In this document: piece by piece, positions 20,000 to 30,165 of the stretch | How positions within the stretch are numbered: the stretch's first letter is position 1 | Layout of the letters: every line of letters starts with the position of its first letter | From: an uncultured Gammaproteobacteria bacterium | Lineage (GTDB): Bacteria; Pseudomonadota; Gammaproteobacteria; CAWUKA01 | Reading direction: 5' to 3' | Assembly: GCA_963922965.1 (NCBI GenBank) | Contig: CAWUKA010000003.1 | Location: forward strand, 1 to 47,818 | DNA length: 47,818 nt | The notes under the pieces: generated by a model | Told to the model about the DNA's origin: nothing | Seen by the model: the letters and a program-made list of their open reading frames with translations, nothing else | The model's database searches: none | Made by a program: the position numbers and the translations under genes

Positions 20000-21742
20000 A
20001 TGACGTTAACCCGTTTTGCATGGCTGATCTTTAGGCCATACCGTTTTTATCTTGGCGCAATCATGTGTATCGGCTTATCTTGGGGTCTCTACAACAGTGC
20101 TTCACCTTACATACTCAAAACTATCGTCGATCAATTAGCTGAGGCTAAACCTATGGCAGTCGTTTACAAGCCTACTTGTACTTATGTAGTGTTGTATTTT
20201 TTGATGGCGATGCTGCTACGATTGCTCGATTGGGTAAAGTATAAAATCATGCCGCCGATCAAAAAAGACATCGCTATGCAGATGTTCAACTACATCAAGT
20301 ATCACTCGCATGATTATTTCCAAAATAGCTTGGCCGGTTCGATCAGCAATCAGGTCAATGATATGGTGGTAAACTTGGAGTCATTGCTGAATCAAGCTGA
20401 CGAATTCTTTGCGATCTTCTCCCAGTTTGTTAGTGCTATCATTGTCATGGCAATGGTTAATGGCTTATTTGCTACCGCGCTGGTTTGTTGGTGGCTTTGC
20501 TTTATCGGGATATCAATGTGGTTTAGTCGACGAATTTTATTGCTATCAAGGAAAACATCAGCTTCTTATTCGCGTTATTCTGGTATGTTGGTTGATATCT
20601 TAGCGAATATTGCCAGCGTGCGCTTGTTTGCTCGCTTCCAATATGAGACGAGTAAACTAACCGAATCAGTTGACGATTTGGTGATGCATGACCGTAACAT
20701 GTTACGTTATATTATTATCATGCGTATGATGCTGGATATTGCGTCAGTGTGTTTGTTGTTTACCATGCTTTATCTATTGATTTACTTATATCAAGTTCGG
20801 CAGGTCAGCATCGGTGATTTTGTCTTGATTTTGATGGTCACGGTAAGCATTTTTCAAGGTATGTGGTATCTAGCAAATAAAATCGTTGATGTTTATAAAA
20901 GTATCGGTAAGTGTCATCAAGCCATGAGTTTGCTTGAGGTCAAGCATGGCTTGGCTGATTTAATTGATGCTACACCACTCGTTGTTCGCCGTGGTGATAT
21001 TACTTTTAATAGCGTTAGCTTTAGCTATGCTGCTGCGACCAAATTATTTTTAGATACCTCAGTCACGATCGCTGCTGGGACCAAGGTTGGTTTGGTCGGT
21101 TACTCTGGTAGTGGGAAAAGTAGTTTTATCAATCTAATTTTGCGGCTATACGATCTCAATGCTGGTGAGATCTTAATTGATGGTCAGAATATTCAAACTG
21201 TGACTCAGCAAAGTTTGCGCGAACAGGTTTCCATGATCCCACAAGATGTGAATTTATTTCATCGTAGTTTAATGGATAATATTCGTTATGGTGATGTTAG
21301 TGCTAGCGAACAGCAAGTGATCGCAGCAGCGGGAAAGGCTTATTGTCATGAATTTATCAGCCAGCTTGAGCAAGGCTACGAAACTATCGTTGGTGAGCGT
21401 GGCATTAAATTATCCGGTGGTCAGCGCCAGCGTATTGCGATAGCACGCGCTTTACTAGAAAATGCACCGATTTTGCTATTGGATGAAGCCACTAGCGCGC
21501 TGGATTCAGTCACTGAGAAGTATGTGCAAAAAAGTTTGCGGGTAGCGATGGAGGATAGAACTGCGATCATCATTGCTCATCGACTCTCAACCTTGCTCGA
21601 AGTTGATCGTATTTTAGTTTTTCAGCACGGTCAGATCATCGAAGATGGTAGCCATAACGAGTTAATTCAAATCAATGGTCACTACGCTAGAATATGGGCC
21701 ATGCAATCAAATGGTTTTCTACCCAGCGATGACGTGAGTTAG
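20000..21742 (+). CDS. ABC exporter half-transporter (TMD+NBD, MsbA-like)
   Basis: 6-TM domain; GYSGSGKSS, LSGGQRQR, LLLDEATSALD, IAHRLST. Confidence 0.93.
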   Translation: MTLTRFAWLIFRPYRFYLGAIMCIGLSWGLYNSASPYILKTIVDQLAEAKPMAVVYKPTCTYVVLYFLMAMLLRLLDWVKYKIMPPIKKDIAMQMFNYIKYHSHDYFQNSLAGSISNQVNDMVVNLESLLNQADEFFAIFSQFVSAIIVMAMVNGLFATALVCWWLCFIGISMWFSRRILLLSRKTSASYSRYSGMLVDILANIASVRLFARFQYETSKLTESVDDLVMHDRNMLRYIIIMRMMLDIASVCLLFTMLYLLIYLYQVRQVSIGDFVLILMVTVSIFQGMWYLANKIVDVYKSIGKCHQAMSLLEVKHGLADLIDATPLVVRRGDITFNSVSFSYAAATKLFLDTSVTIAAGTKVGLVGYSGSGKSSFINLILRLYDLNAGEILIDGQNIQTVTQQSLREQVSMIPQDVNLFHRSLMDNIRYGDVSASEQQVIAAAGKAYCHEFISQLEQGYETIVGERGIKLSGGQRQRIAIARALLENAPILLLDEATSALDSVTEKYVQKSLRVAMEDRTAIIIAHRLSTLLEVDRILVFQHGQIIEDGSHNELIQINGHYARIWAMQSNGFLPSDDVS

Positions 21743-21784
21743 CTCTATTGTGCTTAATCAGCTTTGACGATGCATTGCCAACGT

Positions 21785-24700
21785 TTAAATTGACGCAGCA
21801 GCTTGTGCTTGGTAAGCCTCAACTGGATGTTGCCATTGCTTTTCTACCATGACGCTACGCCATTCACTGATGAGCTGACGCTCCACGCTGGCTTCGTTAG
21901 CGGTGATGATGTGTGGGTGTTGTTGAATGTTAAGTTTTGTTAGCTCAGCTTGAACAGCAGCAATCTCATCTTTGGTGGGTACAATGACATAAGCAATTTG
22001 ATAGGTAAGCGCGATTGGGTCCCGTAAATCAATGACTTGACCGAGGCCAACCCAAAAACCGTTCTGGTTGGTTATATATTTATAAGCTCGGGCTTGAAAT
22101 TCAACAGCGCGCTGATCAAGTGCAATCACGTAGTTACCATAAGCAGATTCCGGTTTTGTTGAGAAAAATGCACCAGGAAAACTACCACGGTGATCCATGC
22201 TAATGCCGGCATTGATCATGCTGGCAACATTGGCTGGCTCTCTAGTTGCATGATAATAGCAGGGTAGGTTAATCGACTGGCCGTGTTGCAATTGTTGCTG
22301 ATGCTCTCGATAGCGAGCTTGAATCGATTGCATATGCGTCTCACTCTTTCCATTACAGAGTGCCAGCACATGCTCGACTAATCCGATATCATCGTTGTAG
22401 CCGTGTTTCGCAACAATACGACCATAAAATTGGCTGTTGACTCGTTGGCGTAGATATGCGACCTCAGCGCCACCACTACGTAAGTGATTCATCAGCCTAT
22501 GCCGAGTTGACAGCGGCATCTGTTGCAGCAGTCGTGCAACTAAGTTTTGATAGCGACTGCTTGCACTTAGTGCTAATACCAGCCTAATATTGTCGGCAAG
22601 TTCTACTATGTGAGCGATGATATATTGATTTTGGTCGCTAGATAATTGCTTACCATCAACAAGACTTTGTATGATAACTGCTACTGGATTTAATTTTGGC
22701 TTGAGATCAATGGGCACAGGAAATTGCTCTGCTGCAGCCAGCACTGCGGGCGTTTCAGCGCTATGGCTCATCTTAGCCACTTGCTGTGCTTGATCACGTG
22801 TTTCAAACACGTAACCCGCGATGTCTTTTTGAATAGCTTGCCCTTGTGCTTGACTAATCAATGCGGCTTCACTGGTAGCCTCATTATCATGTGTCAGCGG
22901 TTCAACAGCAGCTATGATTGCTTGTTGGAGTGCTTTGAAGGTTGGGTCAGCTTCAAGCGCCGTAGTTAACTCACCGATAGGTCGCGTATCATCATCCCAC
23001 AGAGCCAGGAAAGCTCGGTGCTTTTGACTATCCAAGTCCTGCATAAACGCGACAACTGCTTCTCTCATGTAGCGACGAGCAACTTCGATTGGCTCGATAG
23101 CAAGTTGAATGTATGCCAAATCACCGTGAAACGCTTCCCCCAGTTTACCTAGGGTACCAACTGGACAAGCAGGCTGATCGTTTGATAAGTGTTCACCGTA
23201 AAAATCAGGGTAAGGCTGTTGGGTAGCAGGGTTAAAACCGAAGCTACAGTGGGTGCGTTGAATACGACAGAGTGCTTCGACGAGACTGCGTATCCGTGCC
23301 TGTGGTGTGGTGAGTACCACTTTATCATCTTTTTCTAACTGACAAAGGTGGATTAACATCGCTAATAATTCCGGTAGCCGGTCACGCCACGCATCCGGTA
23401 AGCCGTCTTGTGGCAACCATGTTTTTAAGCGTCCCATTGCCCGTAGGGCAACGGTTAACTTTAGCTTCAGCTTTTGCTCAAATTGCTGTTGTAGGTGTCG
23501 TTCCATGACTTCTGTTTGTAGTATTTTATGCAAGTGTTGTTGTGTTGTTGTTTCAGCTTGTCTATGATCTTGATCGACTCTATCTCGATTTGACTTACGC
23601 TTCGCAGCACGCTCACTGATGATATCAGTGCATAACTGGCTTGGGTCTTTTAGTGTTTGCTGTAGCGTTTGTTCAAATTGACGGAACAAACGCTGTCTGA
23701 CCTGAGGGCACGAACAATCAATTTGGAGTTCGCTGATATGCTTTGCAAGAGCGCGCGCGTTCAGTGTAGCCGAATGCCGCGCATTGGGATCATGGGCATT
23801 ATGCTGATCATCAGCAAACGCTTGTGCTACATCACCACCTTGTCCACCACGAGCGGCTGGCTGGGTCACACCAAAAAGCTGGGCTATTGCTGGGGTAATG
23901 AGATGGCGGCCAAACTGATTCGCTTGTGCTTGCGTCAGGCTAAGCCCGTGCTGTTGCAGTGCAGCCAGAACTTGTAGATTCATCTGTAGTAAAATCGCAT
24001 TTTCAACTAATGTCTTATTTTTATATCGAAATTGAATAAGTGCTTGGCTGTCGATGTCCGAGTTTGCAAGCAAAGCTATTACCTGATCAGAGTAATTTTT
24101 GGTAAAGCCTGTTATGAGTGTCTCGTTAATCGAGCGGTTGATGAAGTTTCGGCATCCTGCAGGTTCAGGATACCAGCGTCTAAATTCAGCAAACCATAAT
24201 TGAAGATCATGAGGGTCATAATGAAGATAAAACTCAAGGTTTTCAATATCAGATCTTGCAATAACATTAGTATACTGACCCGCACTATTATCTGCTGACT
24301 GATTGATAGCCCTAGCTTTGCGTAGCATGCGAATAAGTTTCACATCAGTGTAGCTAACTGACGTGTCGGTTCCTTGTTCTAGCTTTCTCATCTCTGCACA
24401 TAAAACACTTAAAGAGGGTACATAGTGATAGGCTAGAGCACGACGACGAAAAAAACCAAAGTTAGCTAAGCTATCGAGAAAGTCGCGATCAGCCGTTGTG
24501 ATCACTTCTGTCTCCTCCGGTAATAACATCTTCAAGAGTAATAGAGCTGAGTTAGCATCAGTTGCGCTACCAGCCAGGTTTTCATGGCTACATGCTAGAT
24601 CAGGTTGCGTGAGAAATGCTTTGATTGCTTCTTGTCGCGCAGGATTATTGCTTAGATAAATTTTATATAGATGCTGAATTGCTTGCTTGCAAAAGAACGA

Positions 24701-25444
24701 ATTGAAGGTCGTTGCTAAATCCTCATTACGATCTAAATAGTGATTATAAGAGGGACAAAATATTTGGTCGTCACTAAACTTTATATAAAAGTTAAACTCA
24801 CTGAACAGGGTGCTATTCATATATAGATAGACAGTTTGGTAGTTAAATTGACTGAATACGAGCTCAGCAGATAACAAAAATATTAGTGTAGTGGTTGCAA
24901 TGATCCAGAGTGGTGAAAGCTGAAAATAAATTGCACTGAGAACAGCAATTGCTACCATATCGATCAGATGATAATAAAGTGCCCGGAGCAAACGCAGTGC
25001 CATTGGCTGACCGACTAGGGATAACTGGAGTTGGAAGCTTGGTGGTTTCTGCCACGAGTCAAATATGCGGTAAGCATAACAGCCGATAAAGAGCACGAGT
25101 AGTATTGGTAGAATAGTACTTAGACTGATCACACTTGGAATTGACAAACTTAACTCAACCATACTGAACATAAAAGCAAGGATCAGGATGAGCGATAGCG
25201 CAAAAAGTCCAATCCAGCTGGCGACACGGGCTAATTCATCTAGTCGTGTAACGTCTTCTCTTATAGGTAAGTTTTCACTGATAGCCAAGCCACTAAATAT
25301 AACGAAAATTGGCGTGCCGATAATGGCACAGGCTAACGTAACACTCTGCAGGAATGTCACTGAGTACGCTAATGCAAAGAGAAAGAGTGTCGCACCACAG
25401 GCGGTAGCTATTTTTAGTACTATGCGTTTCAAGAGCTGCATCAT
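21785..25444 (-). CDS. large multidomain effector-like protein: N-terminal TMs, central putative Cys-catalytic domain, C-terminal ADP-ribosyltransferase-like domain
   Basis: Intact 1219-aa ORF, GAGGGA RBS; about 6 TMs in the first 200 aa; QHNAHD...IQR...DQPACPVGT.GKL; YYHAT...GAFFST.PESAYG.YVI. Confidence 0.75.
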   Translation of the reverse strand: MMQLLKRIVLKIATACGATLFLFALAYSVTFLQSVTLACAIIGTPIFVIFSGLAISENLPIREDVTRLDELARVASWIGLFALSLILILAFMFSMVELSLSIPSVISLSTILPILLVLFIGCYAYRIFDSWQKPPSFQLQLSLVGQPMALRLLRALYYHLIDMVAIAVLSAIYFQLSPLWIIATTTLIFLLSAELVFSQFNYQTVYLYMNSTLFSEFNFYIKFSDDQIFCPSYNHYLDRNEDLATTFNSFFCKQAIQHLYKIYLSNNPARQEAIKAFLTQPDLACSHENLAGSATDANSALLLLKMLLPEETEVITTADRDFLDSLANFGFFRRRALAYHYVPSLSVLCAEMRKLEQGTDTSVSYTDVKLIRMLRKARAINQSADNSAGQYTNVIARSDIENLEFYLHYDPHDLQLWFAEFRRWYPEPAGCRNFINRSINETLITGFTKNYSDQVIALLANSDIDSQALIQFRYKNKTLVENAILLQMNLQVLAALQQHGLSLTQAQANQFGRHLITPAIAQLFGVTQPAARGGQGGDVAQAFADDQHNAHDPNARHSATLNARALAKHISELQIDCSCPQVRQRLFRQFEQTLQQTLKDPSQLCTDIISERAAKRKSNRDRVDQDHRQAETTTQQHLHKILQTEVMERHLQQQFEQKLKLKLTVALRAMGRLKTWLPQDGLPDAWRDRLPELLAMLIHLCQLEKDDKVVLTTPQARIRSLVEALCRIQRTHCSFGFNPATQQPYPDFYGEHLSNDQPACPVGTLGKLGEAFHGDLAYIQLAIEPIEVARRYMREAVVAFMQDLDSQKHRAFLALWDDDTRPIGELTTALEADPTFKALQQAIIAAVEPLTHDNEATSEAALISQAQGQAIQKDIAGYVFETRDQAQQVAKMSHSAETPAVLAAAEQFPVPIDLKPKLNPVAVIIQSLVDGKQLSSDQNQYIIAHIVELADNIRLVLALSASSRYQNLVARLLQQMPLSTRHRLMNHLRSGGAEVAYLRQRVNSQFYGRIVAKHGYNDDIGLVEHVLALCNGKSETHMQSIQARYREHQQQLQHGQSINLPCYYHATREPANVASMINAGISMDHRGSFPGAFFSTKPESAYGNYVIALDQRAVEFQARAYKYITNQNGFWVGLGQVIDLRDPIALTYQIAYVIVPTKDEIAAVQAELTKLNIQQHPHIITANEASVERQLISEWRSVMVEKQWQHPVEAYQAQAAASI

Positions 25445-25493
25445 TGAGTATAATTGTCCCTCTTGTTCATGCTCGGCTATTTGAGTGCTAAGC

Positions 25494-25526
25494 AGTTTAC
25501 CTCATTTTTCTTAAGTTAATATTAAG
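25494..25526 (-). promoter_or_regulatory. PmrA box plus -10 element upstream of the 1219-aa gene
   Basis: Minus strand CTTAA-ta-TT-aa-CTTAA, 11 nt, TAAACT. Confidence 0.8.
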
Positions 25527-25714
25527 GTTGGGTAGAATAGAGAAGCCGCTTTCAGCAAGTAAGTCTTTTTGCTGAGTGAGTAATTGAGTTTTGGTAACTA
25601 TTGAGTATGAAATTGTCGGTTTTTTCAAGTTCACTGTCAAGGTTATCAATCTCCAGCGATTAATATAGTTTAGAGTCATCTGGCCGCATTGATGTCAAGA
25701 CTATGATGCTTAGA

Positions 25715-26913
25715 CTAAAAATTATTTTTTACAATTTTTTTTAATACCGCTGCAATTTTATTACTTCCTGCCCGCTTGAGTTGGGCTTGTTCGGCATAGC
25801 TAGACCATTGACTTGTTGAAGATTTGACAGTATCAATGATCTGATTCGCAGCTTGCAGCTTGATGCCAGAGACTTTTGCTAACTGTTGTAGTTGGTTTAA
25901 GCCCGGTTGTTTCCCCTCACCCATAATCATTGTGCAGTGTTCACCAGCAGGGCCGCTAGAAAAAGTTAAATCATATGCTGGAGAGACACGCCACTTACCG
26001 GTGCTATCCATGAGGAAAGAAAAGTTTTTTGCGTGATCATCTCGATTGTGGCTGAGAATATTAAAGGCACAAAGTCGAAATAGTTTTTCACACTCAGTAA
26101 TACTGCCTGTCAAATGCAGTGTGGCTTTAATGATTGACTCATAATCAAGGCTTGGTAGCCGATGATTAGCATGCAATAAACCACTCACAGTGTGCATATG
26201 TGTCGATTCATTTTGCGTCCGATCGAAACGCTTTGAGCCAAAACAGACATCTTGCTTATCAGCAGGAAAGAGTTTTACAGCTGGCCGCTCAAGTCCGGCC
26301 GCGCTCGCCATTAAATTGTAAGCATACTCAATACGACCAATACTCTGGCTATCGCTCATAGAGGGAAATTTAATTAGCCAAGCTTCGTCATCAATAGTGA
26401 GAGAAACTTTTGGTCTAGCACCGGTTGAAGAACTATTAAGGTGTAGCAAGTCTTCAACAAATTCGTCTTGATCGCTTTGCTGAACTTGATAGATTTGTTT
26501 GGCAATAGCATCCAATTCATATGTTGATGCTGGTGCTAAATTTTCCATCACTGGTTCATAAGTTAATGTTCCCATACCGTGTTGACCAATAAACCTGAGT
26601 CGATCTAGCGGTGATAGTAACGCTGGATTAATTGCTAATCTTGTCAAATGGCGATCAAGTAGTAAGCGTCCCCAGCCATCTAGTAAGCTATGATTAAAAA
26701 CAGCAAATAAACCATCGAATACCTGATTTTGACAGGCTATCAAACCAAGCTGTCGGGGTAAAGTAGATGGTGAAAGCTTGAGGTTGCGTTGCAAAAAATT
26801 TGTATCATGTTCAAAAAAAATTTCCTACCCTTTATCGCTAATTGGCCAACTAATATTTTTTTAGTGTGCGGAGTGTAGTAGACCAGTTGCCGTTGCGTAG
26901 CTGAAAACTTCAT
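25715..26913 (-). pseudogene. hipA: HipA-family kinase toxin, frameshifted
   Basis: DGWGR, GARPK, WLIKF, RFDR, NRDDHAKNFSFL, SPAYDL; ATG 26913 overlaps the antitoxin stop (ATGA) but is out of frame through the A/T run at 26813-26823. Confidence 0.85.
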
Positions 26914-27215
26914 TCTCTATCTCGCTGTCTTGAGTCATCCTTCAGTAGCTCACCGAAAGTAACTGCATGCAGCATCGACTTGTCCATAAATAATTTATCA
27001 AAATCATCGAAAGCATTGAGTACGACAGCAAGTTTGAGTAATGACAGCAAAGGAATTTGGCTGATTTTCTCAAATTTCTTTAGGCTGGTGTAACTCACCC
27101 CAGAATGAGTTGCCAGGCTGCGCTGGCTTAGATTTAAGCTAAGACGTTTTTTCTGTGCTTAAGTCGAGATCTTTTTACTGACTTCATGAGGTGATTTAAT
27201 TATAACTGACACTAT
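26910..27215 (-). pseudogene. HipB-like Xre HTH antitoxin, disrupted
   Basis: KRLSLNLSQRSLATHSGVSYTSLKKFEK HTH; in-frame TAA at 27159-61; ATA/GTG at the start position after AAGGA. Confidence 0.8.
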
Positions 27216-27430
27216 AATATCCTTTAAGTGCTAAAATAGTCTATAAAAGCAGTCATAATAGCTATTAAAAATGAGTCAAGCTTGTCTTAATTCAGTTGGA
27301 ATGTGTCTTCTTTTAGGTAATGTAAGCTGAGCTATAGTCACTAATTGAAAATTTAACTGGTTGAAAGGATCAGTACTTACTGCGGCTAATAGAGCTGTGC
27401 TGCAGTCCAGACCACTCGTAAAAATTAAAT

Positions 27431-27619
27431 TTAGATTGAATCATCGCTATTAAAGACAATGATAGCTCATAGAAAACTGATGATACTGTGCTTGTCTGCA
27501 CACAACTAGGCTGCCACGCCGCTGATGCGGCTCGCAGTGGGCTGAAGAGGAAAACGCCAATCTTAGATTTAATCACCGTTGTTAAAGACAATCATAGTTT
27601 GCGCAAAGCTGATAATCCG
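27431..27619 (+). repeat. degenerate direct repeat, about 57 bp units, 132-bp period
   Basis: TTAGATTGAATCATCGCTATTAAAGACAATGATAG (27431) vs TTAGATTTAATCACCGTTGTTAAAGACAATCATAG (27563): 30/35 identical, similarity continues. Confidence 0.7.
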
Positions 27620-27687
27620 ATATAGCTCATTACGAGTGAGCGCTAGCGAGCGTGGCAACCCAGCAAATATAATCATCACAAGCAATC

Positions 27688-27957
27688 ATGAGTATCTTTG
27701 CCATCGGTTTTGCTTTGCTTTATCCAATCGTATTTGCGCGATCATTAACAATTTTCCCAGCGCTTAAAGGTACAGCCTCATCAGCAATTATGAGCGCAAG
27801 ATACTTGATTTGTGCCTGGTTAACAGGGCTAACGACTAGATTGTACGGTAACTCGGTATTGAGCTTTGGCATTGTGATTGTAGTAGCGACCATGGTTAGC
27901 GTTTTGCTGTGCTTGTATTTATTGCGTACTGATGATTTTTTGCTAGATATTGATTAG
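27688..27957 (+). pseudogene. C-terminal remnant of a Bcr/CflA-type MFS transporter
   Basis: SL.IFP.LKGTASS...S.R plus last TMs only; 5' part absent. Confidence 0.6.
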
Positions 27958-28065
27958 GTATGTGCTGAGCTATATCTTGTACTGGCTTATCGAGATGAAT
28001 CACTAAGTCAGTTAGCATGCAATCGCTGGCCAATTACCCCCTTAGCAGTTGGTACCTCGCCTTGT

Positions 28066-28108
28066 GTTATTCTACCAGCTGGGACGATGCTCCATCTGGT
28101 AGAATAAC
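28066..28108. repeat. inverted repeat, 13-bp perfect arms
   Basis: GTTATTCTACCAG (28066-78) / CTGGTAGAATAAC (28096-108), with further inner TGG/CCA pairing. Confidence 0.8.
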
Positions 28109-28332
28109 GAAAAATACTTGGGTGCGGCTGCAAAATCATGATTTGACTGATATATCGATCCGCTTACAATAAGACCAACTTTTGTAGGGCCGCCCACTTA
28201 ATAGTTCATCCTACTGATAATTGTTTATTTTTTTTCATTTTATGATATTATTTGCTCTATTAGTTGACGGTTTGGAGCAAAAAAAGTACAGAATCGTATC
28301 CAGATCAATCAATTAGCAAGAGGTTAGGAGCA

Positions 28333-30126
28333 ATGGCTAAGGTCATCAGTGCTGAGCAGGTTATGCCAGTTGAAGTCAATAGTAATACGCCACAAATGAG
28401 TTTGACAACTTATTTTCATGCTTTCATTGCGCAGTTTTATCTCTATATCTTATCGTTGACGCTGATAGCTATCGCTGGTGCTTTATTTGAGATGTCGGTC
28501 GACTACAAAATTAAGGAGATTATAGACACTATCGCCGCGGATCGAACTGCCGGTCTCGCGACGCTGTTAGCGCTTTTTGTTTGTTATAAACTATTGCATC
28601 ACGGGATCTACTTTATCGACCGTTTGCTCGATATTCGTTTCAAGCCAATGATTATCGAAAAAACAGTGACCGATATGTATGCCAAAACAGTACGCCACTC
28701 GTTGCATTGGTTCGATTCGCATTTATCGGGTGAGATAGCCAGTAAGATTTCTGATTTTCAGAATAGTATCATGGCGCTTATCTCTCATCTGTTTCAACTG
28801 TTTAATATTATTGCTGTTGTTGTCATTGCAACGATTTTTTTAGTCAAAGTTAATGTTTCAGCAGCATTGGTGTTGCTAGGTTTTATCTTGATTTACACAC
28901 CGGTCATTTATTTGTTGCTACAAAAGCAGATAAAGCTACAAGAATCGGCAACGCAAGCTCGGCAACACACCATAGGAATTGTGAACGATTCTATTGCTAA
29001 TATCTATACAGTCAAAGTCGTCGGTAATGTTACAAACGAGTTTAAATTAAAGTTATTGCCAGCACTTCAAAACTGGAAATTGGCGGAGAAGATAACAAAA
29101 AAATATGATGCTTACTACGTAGATAATGCTGATACTATCATGGTTGTCATGATGAGTGCTGTGCAAATTTATTTGTTAGCTCATCTTTACCAAATTGGCG
29201 ATATTTCAGCAGGTGGTTTTGCATTTGTAGCGATGATGACATTGAAGATCCATAGCTATTTACACAGCTTTTTAGAAAACCTACTTTTCAATATTAATCC
29301 AAGTATTGCTCAGATCAGATCTTCTTTTAATTTTGTTAATGTGCCTGTTGATGTTGTTGATTCAGCAGCTGCTATTAGGCTGCGACGTGTTAATGGTGCT
29401 ATCGAATTCAAAAATGTTAGTTTCGCTTATGACGATGCTAAGCCAGTACTGCAACAGTTCAATTTGCGAATTAAGCCTGGTGAGCGCATTGGTCTTGTTG
29501 GTACCTCAGGTGCAGGTAAAACAACATTAACCAAATGTTTGCTGAGATACTTTGATGTTTCAGGTGGTGCTGTTTTGATTGATGGTCATGATATTCGAAC
29601 CTTGAGTCAAGCCTCATTGCGTCAAGCGATTTCGATTATTCCGCAAGACATCACTATGTTTCATCGTAGTATTAATGAGAACTTACGCTTAGCGAAATAC
29701 GATGCCACTGATGCTGAAATTATTATAGCGTGTAAGCGCGCAAAAATTCATGGTGATATAGCAAAGATGCCAAGCGGTTATGACACTGTTGTTGGCGAGC
29801 GCGGTGTCAAGCTCAGTGGTGGTCAGCGCCAACGGCTTGCAATTGCACGAGCGATCTTGAAGAATTCACCTATCTTGATTTTAGATGAAGCGACTAGTAG
29901 TTTAGATACGCCAACTGAGCAGTTGATTCAGCAGTCACTCGATGAACTGTTGGTTGACGCTAAGCTAACCGTGATTGCTATCGCGCATCGACTGTCTACT
30001 TTAAAGCACATGGATCGTATTGTGGTGATTGAACAAGGTCAGATTATAGAAATGGGGAGCCATGATGACTTGTTGAGTAGAGAGCATAGTTATTACAAAA
30101 ATTTATGGCAAATGCAAGTGCTTTAG
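28333..30126 (+). CDS. ABC exporter half-transporter (TMD+NBD, MsbA-like)
   Basis: ATG 28333 after AGGAG; GTSGAGKTT, LSGGQRQR, LILDEATSSLD, IAHRLST. Confidence 0.93.
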   Translation: MAKVISAEQVMPVEVNSNTPQMSLTTYFHAFIAQFYLYILSLTLIAIAGALFEMSVDYKIKEIIDTIAADRTAGLATLLALFVCYKLLHHGIYFIDRLLDIRFKPMIIEKTVTDMYAKTVRHSLHWFDSHLSGEIASKISDFQNSIMALISHLFQLFNIIAVVVIATIFLVKVNVSAALVLLGFILIYTPVIYLLLQKQIKLQESATQARQHTIGIVNDSIANIYTVKVVGNVTNEFKLKLLPALQNWKLAEKITKKYDAYYVDNADTIMVVMMSAVQIYLLAHLYQIGDISAGGFAFVAMMTLKIHSYLHSFLENLLFNINPSIAQIRSSFNFVNVPVDVVDSAAAIRLRRVNGAIEFKNVSFAYDDAKPVLQQFNLRIKPGERIGLVGTSGAGKTTLTKCLLRYFDVSGGAVLIDGHDIRTLSQASLRQAISIIPQDITMFHRSINENLRLAKYDATDAEIIIACKRAKIHGDIAKMPSGYDTVVGERGVKLSGGQRQRLAIARAILKNSPILILDEATSSLDTPTEQLIQQSLDELLVDAKLTVIAIAHRLSTLKHMDRIVVIEQGQIIEMGSHDDLLSREHSYYKNLWQMQVL

Positions 30127-30165
30127 TTTTTTTGCTCAACTCAGTAGCGCTCAGTGGTGTTGCTG

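Noticed and set aside
27431-27619. CRISPR array
   Set aside because: Only two long diverged units, no cas genes
20000-30126. Two ABC half-transporters as a separated heterodimer or as the exporter of the 1219-aa protein
   Set aside because: Both have fully consensus NBDs, there is no adaptor or TolC gene and no RTX repeats, and the large protein has TMs and a PmrA box
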